64,000 nucleotides of DNA, taken from assembly GCA_050084515.1 (NCBI GenBank), contig CM114271.1, positions 18,476,001 through 18,540,000 of the forward strand, in the 5' to 3' direction. Positions within the stretch are counted from its first letter, which is position 1, and each line of letters starts with the position of its first letter. Shown one piece after another: positions 1 through 11,699 of the stretch. A model generated the notes under the pieces. That model saw only the letters and a list, made by a program, of their open reading frames with translations. It searched no databases and was not told the DNA's origin. The position numbers and the translations under genes were made by a program. Source of the stretch: Blasia pusilla (lineage: Eukaryota).

Positions 1-3000
1 GTCATGGAGAAGGGTCCAATCTTTACCATGCCGCCTTATAATATCTGCAAATTTTTCTTTCTCCTCTTGAGTCCATGAGGTCGGCTCCCTCCTTGGCTTG
101 AACTCCCCTGCTGCATTTACCCTAGGTCCTCTCTCCTTAGCATGCCCACTATGGGCCACAGGAGGTGATGTGACAGCAGCAGAAGGAGTTTGTGGCACAG
201 GCAATGCTGCTCCAGCTAAGAAGGCTCCACCACTCTCAAGAGACACAACTGGTTCTGACTTTACAACAATTGCATGATTATTCAGATCCGCTTCAGCTGC
301 AACACACGGGCCACTAGGATCAATTGGTACTGGTGTCGCAATCTGATTGCCAAATTCTTGATCAGATTCTGCTCTGGTAGACTTTGGCACCGTGACTACC
401 TCCGCCTCTGCCTCATCCTTACTTGTAGTTGAATTCACAACATCCTTGTGTATTTTGCTGATACTGTCTGACACTGGGATATCTTTCATCTGCTCATCTT
501 TCATTACTTGCTCAGGTTGTTCCTGCACTTCTTGAGCCAACACCACTACACTACTCTCAACCAAAGCTTCCACCTTCATCGCTTGTTCTTTTCCTACTTC
601 TTTTTCTGACATTTGAGTCACCTTCATATCTGCTTCACCAGTCTTCACTGAAGGCAAGTCCATGAACTCTGCTTCCAAAGCCTTTCCTAACAGCGTTAAG
701 CCGCTTTCAGCTTCATTTGACTCTTGCACTTCCACACTGCATTGCTCTTCTACTTCAGTGCTCTCCATTTCCTGGACTCCAGAGGCTTCAAGAGAAGGGT
801 GCTTGGATTCCTCCTCCATAGCCTCATCAACCACCTTCTGAGCTACCTTCACATCACCAGTAGATTCTGGAGACTTCAGAGATATCCCCACACTGACAGC
901 ATCTGAGACCATAACTTCTTGAGATTGGTCCACCAACTCGTCCAATCTAAAACGCTTGCGTGTTTTACTAAAAAACGTTTTACACTGGGTTTGAGTTTTA
1001 GAACTAACATGGTCTGAGATACTCTTGAAATCCTTTCCATACTTGGCGACAGCATCAGTGAAAAGCTGCCGTTCAGTGTCAGTCCATTGAGATTCAACCT
1101 CCTCCCCTTCACCTTTTGAAGTTGAAGTGTCATGATCCCCAGGTGACGTTCTGACCTCCCGACTTCCACAAGGTTGTTCAGGAATAGCACTCCTAGAAGT
1201 GGACACAACTAAACCAGAAACATTCTTCACAGGTGGCTTTTCTCTGCAAGTTTTTGACGTAGATGGTGTGCTGATGCTGAGACTGCAGGGAGAGATTCCT
1301 GCACTGGAAACATCAGGAAGGCTGACTCCCTTGCTCTCCTTTGGGCACATGGATTTCACTACCACTGGGTCCAAGTTACCAGGATCATAAGTGGTGACAG
1401 GTCGAGATTTATCAACTCCCTTTTGGGATCGGCCCTGTAAGGCCTTCGCACTGTCTCTGGAAGCTGCATAAGCTGCAGCTGCTGCCAAGGTAAGTGCCTG
1501 CACACGTGTAGCATTTACGTCTCTATTCCTGCTGTTGCCAGGAGTAGTAGTAGCCAAGTAGGAAGCATTTGACACAGAGTAATCCCGTCTTTTCTTAAGC
1601 TGTTGCCTCCTCCTAATCTTCTCAAAATCTTCTGACTTCTGATTTCGATAGTAAAACTCTACACAGTCAGCAGTAGTTTTGTGTTCCAGAAAAGAAGCAA
1701 TTTTGCTGAAGTTCTTGTTGTAGATAGCAAACTTTTCCAAAAAAAACTTCTTTTCTTCTGCTGTCCACGGATTGATGGTCCTTCGTTCCTGCTCAAAAGC
1801 AACAGGATCCTCAACTAGCCCATTCCTGCTATCAAACCGCCGAAAGCACCTCTCTTTCTCATCAATGAGCATAGCAGGCATCTTCAAATCCTGCCTGAGC
1901 TGGTAAGTTGGAGCAACTGTCAACATTCTTTTCCTCATTTGCCCATCTTCTTGTCCAGGATCAGATTTCATGGGACCAGTAAGCATAGGCCGAAATCTCA
2001 AGGTCGTATTCGTGGATCGGTTGTTTGTCCCGATACCAGCAGCATTCCGACGCTCTATTTCCAACCTCCGTGCGGGCTTCACACGGTCTTTTCTTTGGTA
2101 TATCCCAGGTTGACCATGCTGACACACATCTTTCAAAGCTCTGTATTTCAAAGCAAGAACACGCTCCTTGAACATCAGTATTTTCTTCCGTTCAGCTAGC
2201 CTTCCCTGCATCCTCGCCCTATTTTTTAAATGGCTTTCTACATTGACATGCCAGACTGGAGTTTCCTCAGGAGTACCATAAAACTTGCAACGATCATCTG
2301 AGGCATCCTTTGCCAACAGATGTGCAAAAGGAGCCATAGATTCTTTAGCTAATCTTCTGTTCTCTTGAATCAAAGAATAAACCAAACTCCACTGATAGGC
2401 CATCAGATCTCTTGGCTCAAATTCAGTAGCTTTCGCTTTCTCCACCACGGGCTTCAACACCAACATCTTGCCATCTGGTAGTCCATTAACTTCAATATCC
2501 ACATCCTTCCCATTAACTTCAACATCCACATCCTTCCCATTAACTTCAATATCCACATCCTTCACCACAGGGTCCAGTGTATCTGCTTCCCCATGCTGCA
2601 GTGCCTCAGCAGAGCAAGCAATTGTTCCTTTCAAATCCTCTCCAACATCTCCTTGTGTTGGTGCCAGATTAGATGGGACGGTCAACTCCACCACTGTAGA
2701 TGGACTGACAGTGAGGCCAGATGTCTTGTCATCTACATCATCCGCAATTGGTGCCGTGGGCTCTGAAACCACTGAGTTGACATGCGTAAGACCATCAGCA
2801 TCTGACTCAAGAACTCCATCTTCACTTGTGGAAGGCATGTCTTCATCAGGGTTTAAGTTTGCAACACCACTCCCAGCTTCTCCCGAGTCGGGAGTGCTTC
2901 CCTCCAGCCCACGAGACAATTTTGCAAGTTCTTTCTCCACGTAATCAATTTCACCTTCCACTTTTTCCACTCTTTGAAGAATTGTCTCCTTCGACCAGCC

Positions 3001-4023
3001 TGAAATGTCGTCTTCGAAATCAGACACAATCTTAGACTTCAGAAAGTCCTCAATGCCTTGCTCCTGCATTGAAACCTTTTTCTGCAAATCAGCCCCATCA
3101 TCCATCTTCTTCCCTGCATGCACATGGCTGCTTGGAAGCGGAGAGTCTAGCTGGTCCAGAGCTCCACTTTGCTTGACAGATGATCCTGCAGAAAGACCAC
3201 CGCTAACAGCACTTCTCACACAAGAACTGTCCGTGTGAATACTCACCAGCTCTGATGCGGTTGAACAAGCCCCTTGAAGTAAAGATCCAAGTCGTACATC
3301 ATGAACCGAACCTGGCTCTGAGAGTTTATTCGAACCTTCAACTTTTTGACCCACAAGCTCAGTTGGCGGCAGAGACTTGTCGCTTGAAATCTCCGGTTGT
3401 AACGCTCGAGCAGAAATAGATGGAAGTTGGCACGCCAAGGTGGACGGTATGCGGTCCACTGCACTTTCCTCTTCAGAATGAAACTCGATCTTACAGACAG
3501 TGTCAGTCTTGGTGGTGCAGGTGGCTTTGGGAACATCTTCGCCATCAGCGCCCTTTTTCCTCTCATACTTGGCTAATCCTTGTCCCCAGCCAAGCCGCGG
3601 TCTCTTAGGTGGAGACAAATGGCTCGCGTCATCGTGACCGATTTCCGAACTTCCCAGTGCGGATCCTCCCGAGAACGTACACACTTGTGGCGAGAGCGTG
3701 TTGGTAGAAACGTCAAACCCGGCTTGGTACCTCGCGCTAGTCTCCTGGGACTCCGAATTGCTCGCAGAAAAGGGTGGACTCCATGAACAACCCTGCGTTC
3801 CAGACGGTCGCTTTCTCCAATCATACGTGGAAGACAAATCTTTCCCGCCGTGTATCGCATCTCTAGAGTGGATATCCCGGCTACTCGCATATCTGTCAAC
3901 CCTCCCTTCCATCTCTTTGTCGATCGAACTCCCATCTCTCCCTGTGTCCAGTTGCAGTGCTGCACCACTTCTTCGGTGCGAATCTTCACGGCTACTGGCA
4001 TATCTGTCAACCCTTCCTTCCAT
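1..4023 (-). CDS. PWR: POWERDRESS / N-CoR-like SANT-domain protein (HDAC co-repressor scaffold); 5' part, runs off the left edge, >=1341 aa
   Basis: Manual translation: ATG at 4023 just after an in-frame TAA (4027-4029). The same frame holds PKRPRLGWGQGLAKYERKK (~3553-3610), LKMPAMLIDEKER..FDSRNGLVEDPVAFEQERRTINPWTAEEKKFFLEKFAIYNKNFSKIASFLEHKTTADCVEFYYRNQKSEDF (SANT1, ~1625-1890), WTDTERQLFTDAVAKYGKDFKSISDHVSSKTQTQCKTFFSK (SANT2, ~965-1086) and WTQEEKEKFADIIRRHGKDWTLLHD (SANT3, 1-75). The ORF track lists no ORF in this frame, consistent with no stop inside the window. Confidence 0.9.
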   Translation of the reverse strand, partial: MEGRVDRYASSREDSHRRSGAALQLDTGRDGSSIDKEMEGRVDRYASSRDIHSRDAIHGGKDLSSTYDWRKRPSGTQGCSWSPPFSASNSESQETSARYQAGFDVSTNTLSPQVCTFSGGSALGSSEIGHDDASHLSPPKRPRLGWGQGLAKYERKKGADGEDVPKATCTTKTDTVCKIEFHSEEESAVDRIPSTLACQLPSISARALQPEISSDKSLPPTELVGQKVEGSNKLSEPGSVHDVRLGSLLQGACSTASELVSIHTDSSCVRSAVSGGLSAGSSVKQSGALDQLDSPLPSSHVHAGKKMDDGADLQKKVSMQEQGIEDFLKSKIVSDFEDDISGWSKETILQRVEKVEGEIDYVEKELAKLSRGLEGSTPDSGEAGSGVANLNPDEDMPSTSEDGVLESDADGLTHVNSVVSEPTAPIADDVDDKTSGLTVSPSTVVELTVPSNLAPTQGDVGEDLKGTIACSAEALQHGEADTLDPVVKDVDIEVNGKDVDVEVNGKDVDIEVNGLPDGKMLVLKPVVEKAKATEFEPRDLMAYQWSLVYSLIQENRRLAKESMAPFAHLLAKDASDDRCKFYGTPEETPVWHVNVESHLKNRARMQGRLAERKKILMFKERVLALKYRALKDVCQHGQPGIYQRKDRVKPARRLEIERRNAAGIGTNNRSTNTTLRFRPMLTGPMKSDPGQEDGQMRKRMLTVAPTYQLRQDLKMPAMLIDEKERCFRRFDSRNGLVEDPVAFEQERRTINPWTAEEKKFFLEKFAIYNKNFSKIASFLEHKTTADCVEFYYRNQKSEDFEKIRRRQQLKKRRDYSVSNASYLATTTPGNSRNRDVNATRVQALTLAAAAAYAASRDSAKALQGRSQKGVDKSRPVTTYDPGNLDPVVVKSMCPKESKGVSLPDVSSAGISPCSLSISTPSTSKTCREKPPVKNVSGLVVSTSRSAIPEQPCGSREVRTSPGDHDTSTSKGEGEEVESQWTDTERQLFTDAVAKYGKDFKSISDHVSSKTQTQCKTFFSKTRKRFRLDELVDQSQEVMVSDAVSVGISLKSPESTGDVKVAQKVVDEAMEEESKHPSLEASGVQEMESTEVEEQCSVEVQESNEAESGLTLLGKALEAEFMDLPSVKTGEADMKVTQMSEKEVGKEQAMKVEALVESSVVVLAQEVQEQPEQVMKDEQMKDIPVSDSISKIHKDVVNSTTSKDEAEAEVVTVPKSTRAESDQEFGNQIATPVPIDPSGPCVAAEADLNNHAIVVKSEPVVSLESGGAFLAGAALPVPQTPSAAVTSPPVAHSGHAKERGPRVNAAGEFKPRREPTSWTQEEKEKFADIIRRHGKDWTLLHD
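2483..2563 (-). repeat. In-frame 27-bp tandem repeat x3 inside the PWR-like CDS (KDVD[I/V]EVNG x3)
   Basis: ccattaacttcaa[t/c]atccacatccttc occurs three times in a row. Confidence 0.9.
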
Positions 4024-5074
4024 CCCTTAGTTAATTGAGCTTGAAATTCTTCCCGTGCCAAGCTGAGCGTTTGCATGTCCTCCACGCTAGGAATCTGTTC
4101 TGTTCTCCCCGGAAATCCCCGTATTTGACCCCGTTCTTCTTGACCTGGTAACTCCCGAGTGACAGAATCGACCACTTTTAACCTTTCGTAATCCCAAGAG
4201 TTCTTAGGATCACAGCCGAGTGACTGATTGAAGGGAATGGCCGAGTCATATCCATCTTCTGAACACGGATAAGATTCACAACAGCAGTCGTCATCAAAAT
4301 CCTTCAACTGAAATCCATTCCCAAGCTTCCCAGCAGATCCTATATTCACGAAAAGAAGACATGACCGAGTCAGCCAGGACCGCAGAACGACACGAACAAT
4401 TGGGGAAATGTCGTAAGGAAACAAGAAAAATGCATCCAACCATCTCAACGCATCCAGTTCGCAGCAACTGTGACCACGCGCGTCTCAATTTCCATGACAA
4501 ATTCCAACAATAAACAACTACTAAACCGAGCATCAACAACGAGCTTCCTCGCAACAATTACCTCGGCCAACCCTGAACCAGATTCGGACACCGACTACTC
4601 TCACACCCACCAGCAATCCTTTCATACTAGGAATTAAACCACACAACCCGTCAACCAGTCGCACATACCAGAAATCCTTCACTGAAACGCGGTACCCACT
4701 ATGGGACAAGAAAAGCGGAACACATTCTGTCCTGCTTCCACACCGACTCCTCCTTCGCCAGCCTTCACCCCACTTCCTCTACCTCCTCAGTTTCCCACTC
4801 ATCCATCACCCGATTCGCACAGACTTTCTGTCAGCGACACCGCGATCGTAAATTGAGCCAGCGATGAAGCAGACACTCCACTGTGATCTAATCGAACATA
4901 CAGTCCAATCTCACCCTCCACAATCCGACACCAAGTACCTCCACGCATCGAGCTAATATCCAATTTAGCGGCCCTGACATACGAGATCCTTCTCGCAAGG
5001 AAGAATTTCTTCGCTCTCTGGCGGGGACCGCCCGAAAATCGTGGGACTCGAGAGCCAAGATCATCACCCCCTGT

Positions 5075-5088
5075 ACCCTAACCCTAAA
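5075..5088. promoter_or_regulatory. Telo-box-like motif (ACCCTAACCCTAAA) in the probable PWR promoter / 5' region
   Basis: Motif is visible ~1 kb upstream of the ATG in a GC-rich stretch; function is inferred only. Confidence 0.3.
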
Positions 5089-6059
5089 TAAATGCTCGCC
5101 AGATGATTTATTTATTTATGTTCGCAGTCTCTCATTGGCATCCGCGAAGCCCGGTAGGATTACTTATCCTCGTGAGGTGCCCGTTATCTCGCGGCCAGCG
5201 AATCAACTGCCATGGTGTTGTCCGCGGGAAGTTGCTGCAGTTGACTCTTCTTTCGTTTTGAAGCTAAATTGGAACTCCCGCCTCGCTTGCGGAAGTTCTT
5301 CGACCCAAGAGCACTGCTTCGTTTGAAGGATTAATGCTACCCACCGATCAAATAGTACGCTTATGGAAGTGAGAGAAAATGCCGTCGTTCAGATGTTTTC
5401 TGCCTTTCGAAAGTCACTTTTGTCTCCATGTTTAGCTCTTCTTAAAATAGTAAGTTGGAGAATTATTCCAATCTTGGTAGCAGGAAGAGTATTGTTTGGT
5501 GCTTCGATGGCAGCTACTACTAGTAAGGTACACGGTTAATATATGTTTCCGACTTTAATACCATTTCAAATTAAGCTTTCATGATGAAATGTCCCAAATT
5601 TGTAGAGGAGAAATGGAGGGGGCACATCCAGATTATTGCATCCTCCTTTTAGAATGTAGATGGATTATACTTTTAAGTACACTCTTCAAAAAAAAAAATG
5701 TAAATGTATGTGTGTATTTTTTTTATTTGGCATATCATTTTCGATCATAATGTATTAGTTGGTGTCGGTTTGATGCATGAATATATAATTTTGAATTATC
5801 TATCCTAAGTGTACAATTTAATTCGAGTAATCCTATTGGCTTAGACAATGAATGACTCTATTGGTTACAAAGGAAATGTGTCAAAAGAAGAGGTGATCTC
5901 CGATAATAATATAGATTAGTTTATAGATTGAATTCCTCATAAATCTTTTCACTTTTAAATTCTATTTGTTCATACTCTCAAATTTAATGATGTATAGGAT
6001 GTCTAGAGTTGTGGGTTTGCTCTATCAATAAGACGATAAAACAGTAGTCAATTTTCCGC

Positions 6060-8432
6060 ACCACGCTACTTGTTGCAACACATTACACGTCTACGTGCGA
6101 GGGAGTGTAGATTGAGTGTCGCATATGTTAGTTTCAAGTGATAACTCGCAAGACCAAGAATGATCGTGTGAGGGGGCATGAGGTTCATCATTTCATCCTT
6201 TTGGCACTGTAAGAGGTGAGGTGGTCTGTCGGAGAGAAGCTTTAGAGGTTTTACGCGAAATGGCACGAGGTTTCGAGGGTCTCCACATGAGAGACCATCT
6301 CGACCTCATTTTTATTTATATCATCCTTAGACAAGGGGGAGGGCGTAGAGGACTTTGTTAGTGCATCATCGTACATAGTGAATGGTCTTACCGCCTAGGT
6401 GTACAAGATGGACGATTGAGCAGAGGATTGTGTACATTTTCAGAGATTGTGGATACTATAGTAGAGTTATATGACTTCATTACAGAATTTAGGATTTTTT
6501 GTGACTCATAAAGGGCCAAGAACTTCAAAAATTTCAGCTCTTTCACGACATGGAATAGGATGTTCCAACACCTAGAGGAGGCACACCCGAGATTGAGGCC
6601 TCGAGACTATACTATGACCCATATTACGTGTTATGGACAAAGCCATTTCCATACAAGGAGGAAGAGCTAGGGGAGGCTACTTCCTTTGCCACAAGTGAGG
6701 TTCAAGGAGGGATAAGTCAGACAAGAGCAATTTCATTGTCGATTCGGGTTCATCCTAAACTCACCCTCGTGGTTGAGTTCTTTACGGAGTTTTTGAGGAA
6801 CTACCAATGGGTAAGGATTGAGAAGTTATGGAGCACATACAGCTTCCATAGGCGCACGGGAGAGAGTTTGTGTGAGGCATTTACTTATCTACGCGCCTAA
6901 TTAGTGTCACTTAGGAGATGACAGAGGTCTCGGTTGTCCATACCTGATATAGAATGCAAGAAGCAAACCTACAAAGACGAGGGAGGGATGTGATACTTTT
7001 GATACGCACCTCACCTACGTTAAGAAATGTGTTTGAGAAGACTTATGGCTGCTAAACTCTCCTCAACCACAAGGTTTTGAGGGTCATGTTGCCCTCAATG
7101 AGTGCAACATGGTTAAGAAAAATGTAGCAGCCATAAGTCATGCGCAAGTGCAGCCACCATTGCCTACACCACTAGTGTACTAACATGGATTTTGAGAGAG
7201 GAGTGTGGCACCATGAGCTTGTGGAGATTATCATGAGCATGTGACACATAAATCAATCTTGTGATATGCGGCGTAGTACACTAAAGCCTAGAGGGCGGCC
7301 ACTAACATGTACTGCACCCCATAGTTTTCTACTTCCGATGTTATAATGTTGGGAGGTATGTCGTTGATGTTTTTTGGCTAGCGGATGCACCATGTGAGTG
7401 TGGAGATGGTGTCACTCCCTCATGTTCAGAGGTGGTGGACTTGCCCTTGGAGCCTGTGCTCAAGTCGTTCACCTCAAATTCATGGCATGTTACAATTGCT
7501 AGAATGACGGAGATGCCCGCTAGACCCACGATAGAGCGTGCCATGGTTTCTTTGTTTGCTTTTTTTTTTATAACTTTGGAGAGGTCTTCCGTTAGATGAG
7601 TTGAGGAGGTAGGGTGTTTTATCTGCGGCACGTCTTGTTGGATTCTAGAGTGCAACCTGTGATGTTGGGGAAGGAAATATTTACACAATTGAGCCTAACA
7701 AGGGCCGATGTAAAGCATGGCCAATTTAGGATACTAACGTCCTTGGTTGGAGTAAGTACGACACAATTTATCACCCTAAATGAGGTTGTGATGAGGATTT
7801 GACCATGACATCCATCCGATGAGTTCGTGGTGTGAGCCAAGGCGATAGTGCCCGATGTCAAGTCTTATGACATCTTGGTTGGTGGAGCAATGTTGTACCC
7901 GATGGAGATTTCCCTATATTAGTGGGAGGAGTCAACATCCTACAAACCACGATGGCAGTGAGGTGATAGTAAACTTAGCTCGTTATTTGTTTGATTCATG
8001 AGTGAAGTGATTGAGAGATGGCCAAAAGAGATGGCGACTCTGGCAACGTTCACTAGCGTCGTCACGTGGCCTCAGATCTGATTGAGGGTCATGTCCATGC
8101 AAAGGACATACCTATGACTAACTTTCCTATGGAGAGGAGTGTTAAGGTAGGAACATCATTGCGTGGAGGAGAGATGCCTGTGTGGGGCTTTGTTATGAGC
8201 ATATGTAAATGGCCTGAAAGAGTGACGCATTTGCACCACAATAGTGCACGGTCAGACGAACCCAAGTCACTCGAAAGTGCCATGATGTGGTGCAATTACA
8301 CCTTTGTTTTCCCGACTTGTTTCCGCCGGCTTGCAGGGATATCAGATTTCCCTACCGAGGGAAAAATCCTTGTTCCAGGCATAGGATTTGGATCGGAGGG
8401 GGGAGGGACCATTTGGTCATTTCTGGTTGGCT
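6060..8432 (+). mobile_element. Decayed Ty3/gypsy relic of the DNMT-carrying family: gag - aspartic protease - partial C5-DNMT
   Basis: 6240-6900 matches the reverse complement of the gag at ~36600-37400. VLLDSRVQPVMLGK (~7632-7675) is a degenerate D[ST]G protease motif. SYDILVGGAMLYP matches SYDVLVGSLVLYP at ~33280. It ends in GYQISLP...DHLVISGW (~8335-8430), homologous to the DNMT motif III-IV region at 33960-34051. Confidence 0.75.
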
Positions 8433-8620
8433 AATCCTATGAATGCACAAACTCGACTCACATCCAAAGGGCGTGGAATGCATGAGATACCCTATACCTT
8501 TGTCTATTGAACATCAAGGCCATCTTGGTGTATCATGTGACCCAATAGCTCATTCTTGTTGTAGAAGAATTCTCATTTTTCTGGATGTAGCTTCATCCTG
8601 TGTATAGCCATTATAGGGAT
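8433..8620 (-). mobile_element. Short inverted RT fragment of the same gypsy family
   Basis: Nucleotide similarity to 25620-25810 (MKL.P.K..F....LGH..; IPRP.DVSRV.AF.G). Confidence 0.65.
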
Positions 8621-11600
8621 ATTATTTGAGTTCAAGCATATGGTAGTATATATGACAATAACATTATACAATAAACAAATATTGAAGTTAGAAATGAATT
8701 GAGAAAAAGTTGTTTGATTGCATATATAAGAGCTATGAGTGGAGTAAAACGCATTATATAATAAGACTTAGAGTGGGCATAAGGAATGTTTAAAAATAAA
8801 TAAGTGAGATAATTCATCACTTTAAATTTGTTAAGAAAAATAAAAAGAATGGAGCTCTAGTATTTGTACCTCACAAGAAATCCATACCTTGCATAACGTA
8901 TCTATGATACTATTACATGTTAAGATTTAAGGGGATGATATGTGTACATAGGTTACCCAAGTAGAGAATTCATAGAAAGGGACGGATAATACCCAAATAG
9001 AACGAGCTTTAGAGCTCATTCTTTCTTTGTTGAACCTTATTTCACGAGATGATACAAGCATGGTTGTCCTTTCCTTGAGAAAAACCGAAACCTCTCATTG
9101 GCAAAGTGGATTTGGTTTGACATGTAAGTCGAAGGGAGAGGTAGATAGATAGGGTATAACATATTTCTAGCCCCATAAGATTAATTGGAGATATTTGATT
9201 TACAATCGTCTATGTGTCTAGATACCATGAGTGAATATGGTATCTTGTATTTATGTGTGTATGAATGATGACACCAATATGTAAGCGCACGATAAATAGG
9301 ATCGAAGATCTTAAACCACTTTTCCACTCGATAATGTCATGAAAAAATTAACATCCCCTTGCATTAATTAATGAGAAGCCTTTGGAAGGATAAGAGAGCT
9401 CAATATATGCATCTCTAAAGAGAATATGAAATAAGATTGGGAGTTTTCAGGATCTTCATCTAGATGTTATTGTTTAAGCAGCAATGTGTGATTTTGGATT
9501 GGAGCATAACTTATCTTGGCCAACGAGCACATGTCCATATTATGGGGACATTGATGGAATTGAATTGCAATTCAAGGAATAATTTCCATATGGATTAGTC
9601 AAAAATATATGCCCAAATCCACATTCTACATATATAAAGTATACACATTTTGTTTTGGATGAATTCTACTCCATAAGAACAAGCTCCTCTATCACCGGTT
9701 GCGGTCAATCCCTATCTACTGGAATGGCGCTTGCATCCCTTCCTCCATCTACTCCTTTAATACCAAGTCAGCTTGGTTTTCCCCAACACATGGCTGAGGG
9801 GCTTTCAAGGAGCACTACTTACCACTCATGAGTGGAAGATCTATTGGAGAAATATGCATGCTCAAGGGGAAAATAAACTTACTGATGTGATCGGCGTAGA
9901 TCAAATAGAAGCGATTCAAGTGAGAAATATTTTTTTCCCAAAAAGAGCATGTGAATTGTGGATCCAAGCTCAAATCACATCCCTCGATACCAATTCACTG
10001 TTGAAAGAATTAAGGAGTCGAATATGAAACTATCAAATAAGATCTCATGGTCTTGGATGATAGCTAAGAAATTGGATAGGAAAATGATGAATGTAATTGA
10101 GGTGTGGAGCAAGATCAAGGTTGTATTAATATTACGATATAAGAGGTTGAGAATTCCATATTTCTCAATAAAATTCTAAGATATTTTCACTTGATTATTT
10201 TGGCGTTATTGACCTTTACTACTTTATAGTCATGATCTTAAATATCTTGGTAATATTTTGCCTATATCATACAATAAGTTGTATGGATGGAAAGAAACAT
10301 AGACCTAATGAAAAAACTCTATCTTTCTATTTTTATAATAGAAAATTCATGAAAATTTATTTTTTGATGGAGATATATGGCAAGCCTAAGAAGTGGATAA
10401 TTACAATGTAAGCCTGTAGTTTAACTACTATATAGAAATTGACTTTGTGGAGTATAACACCTAAGCAACGAGTGTGTAAATAGTAACAACATTAAAAAAA
10501 GTTTGAAGATGAATGAAAATGGTATTATTATAGCGTATTTAGTAAATAATTCCTATTTCCCCCCTTACGAGTTTAGGAAACAAGATAATATGTCATTTCC
10601 CAACCACCGTCTATTCTTTACAAGGAGAAAATCATTTTGCATTATTTTCACACTTTTCTCTTATTCCATCTCATAATTCTTGCATGAAATATAATTTAAT
10701 TCTCCCTCAAACAAATCGTGGAAATCCCAAATATTTTCTACTTGCTTTTATGTTTCCAAACATAAATATTCTCTTTTTTAGAAGGAATAGGAGAATGAAT
10801 CTAAGGGAGAATTGGGAACATTAGATGGAGATTTGTAAAAATATCATGAAATCTAAAACACTTAGCTATCTTCGAGACTTCCCTCAAGGAGAACTCAAAT
10901 TTTGCATCTAAAATCCTCTCCTAAAGAATCTGCTTCAAATTTTTAATTGTCTCGAGATCATATTGTAGTTTTTACAAAAGAGTCTTACCCTTTGTTTTTG
11001 GAGGAGATCTTGTTTCTTTCTCATTTAATCCAATTTGTTTTATGTGAGAATCAATCATGGATTTAGACATAGAAGACCCTTCCTCTCTTGGTATTTGTAC
11101 CTCTGATTTTCCTTTCATTCTTATAGTTCTCGCTCTTCTTGCAACCTCTTCAAGATTAATACCAACATTATCGCGTCTCTTTGTCTCCTTGACATTTGCA
11201 TGTCGCCAACTAACATGTTTCTCTTGTACTAGGTTTGATTTAACCCAACCACCTTCCACAAGATCATCCCATCCGATCAGATCACGAATTCTATCTACCC
11301 CTCGTAGCATCACTTCTCAAATAAATTGTAACAATTCACTCTTAGCTCCATACACAATAAGTGCAAAGACCTATCTTTACTCCAAAGGTTTTAGAATCTA
11401 ATGTTGTTGTAGAGATCTCTACTTGATCTCTCAAAACACTCTTCATTCTTCCTCTATTGCAAAGTTTATATTCAACGGCATGCCAATATGTGTTAAATGA
11501 AAATTTCATATTTGAAATTTATAACTTCATTCCTAAGAGCTTATGGAAACTCCTCACATTCTCATCATTGATGCTCAATATTATCATATCCATATGCATC

Positions 11601-11699
11601 TCCTCACAAAATTCACACTTGTTAAAGAAGCACCAACACCATGATTCCTATGAAGCTTAATCTCAACCATTTCTATTCTCAAATCTCTTCAAATTTTCA

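Noticed and set aside
3573-4448. 291-aa minus-strand ORF and other short ORFs overlapping PWR
   Set aside because: Alternative frames or antisense of the real CDS; the conserved motifs are all in the frame starting at 4023.
4340-4982. Possible 5'UTR intron of PWR (GTATGT..TTTTCGTGAATATAG on the minus strand)
   Set aside because: Plausible, but alternative donors exist and there is no reading frame or transcript evidence to constrain it.
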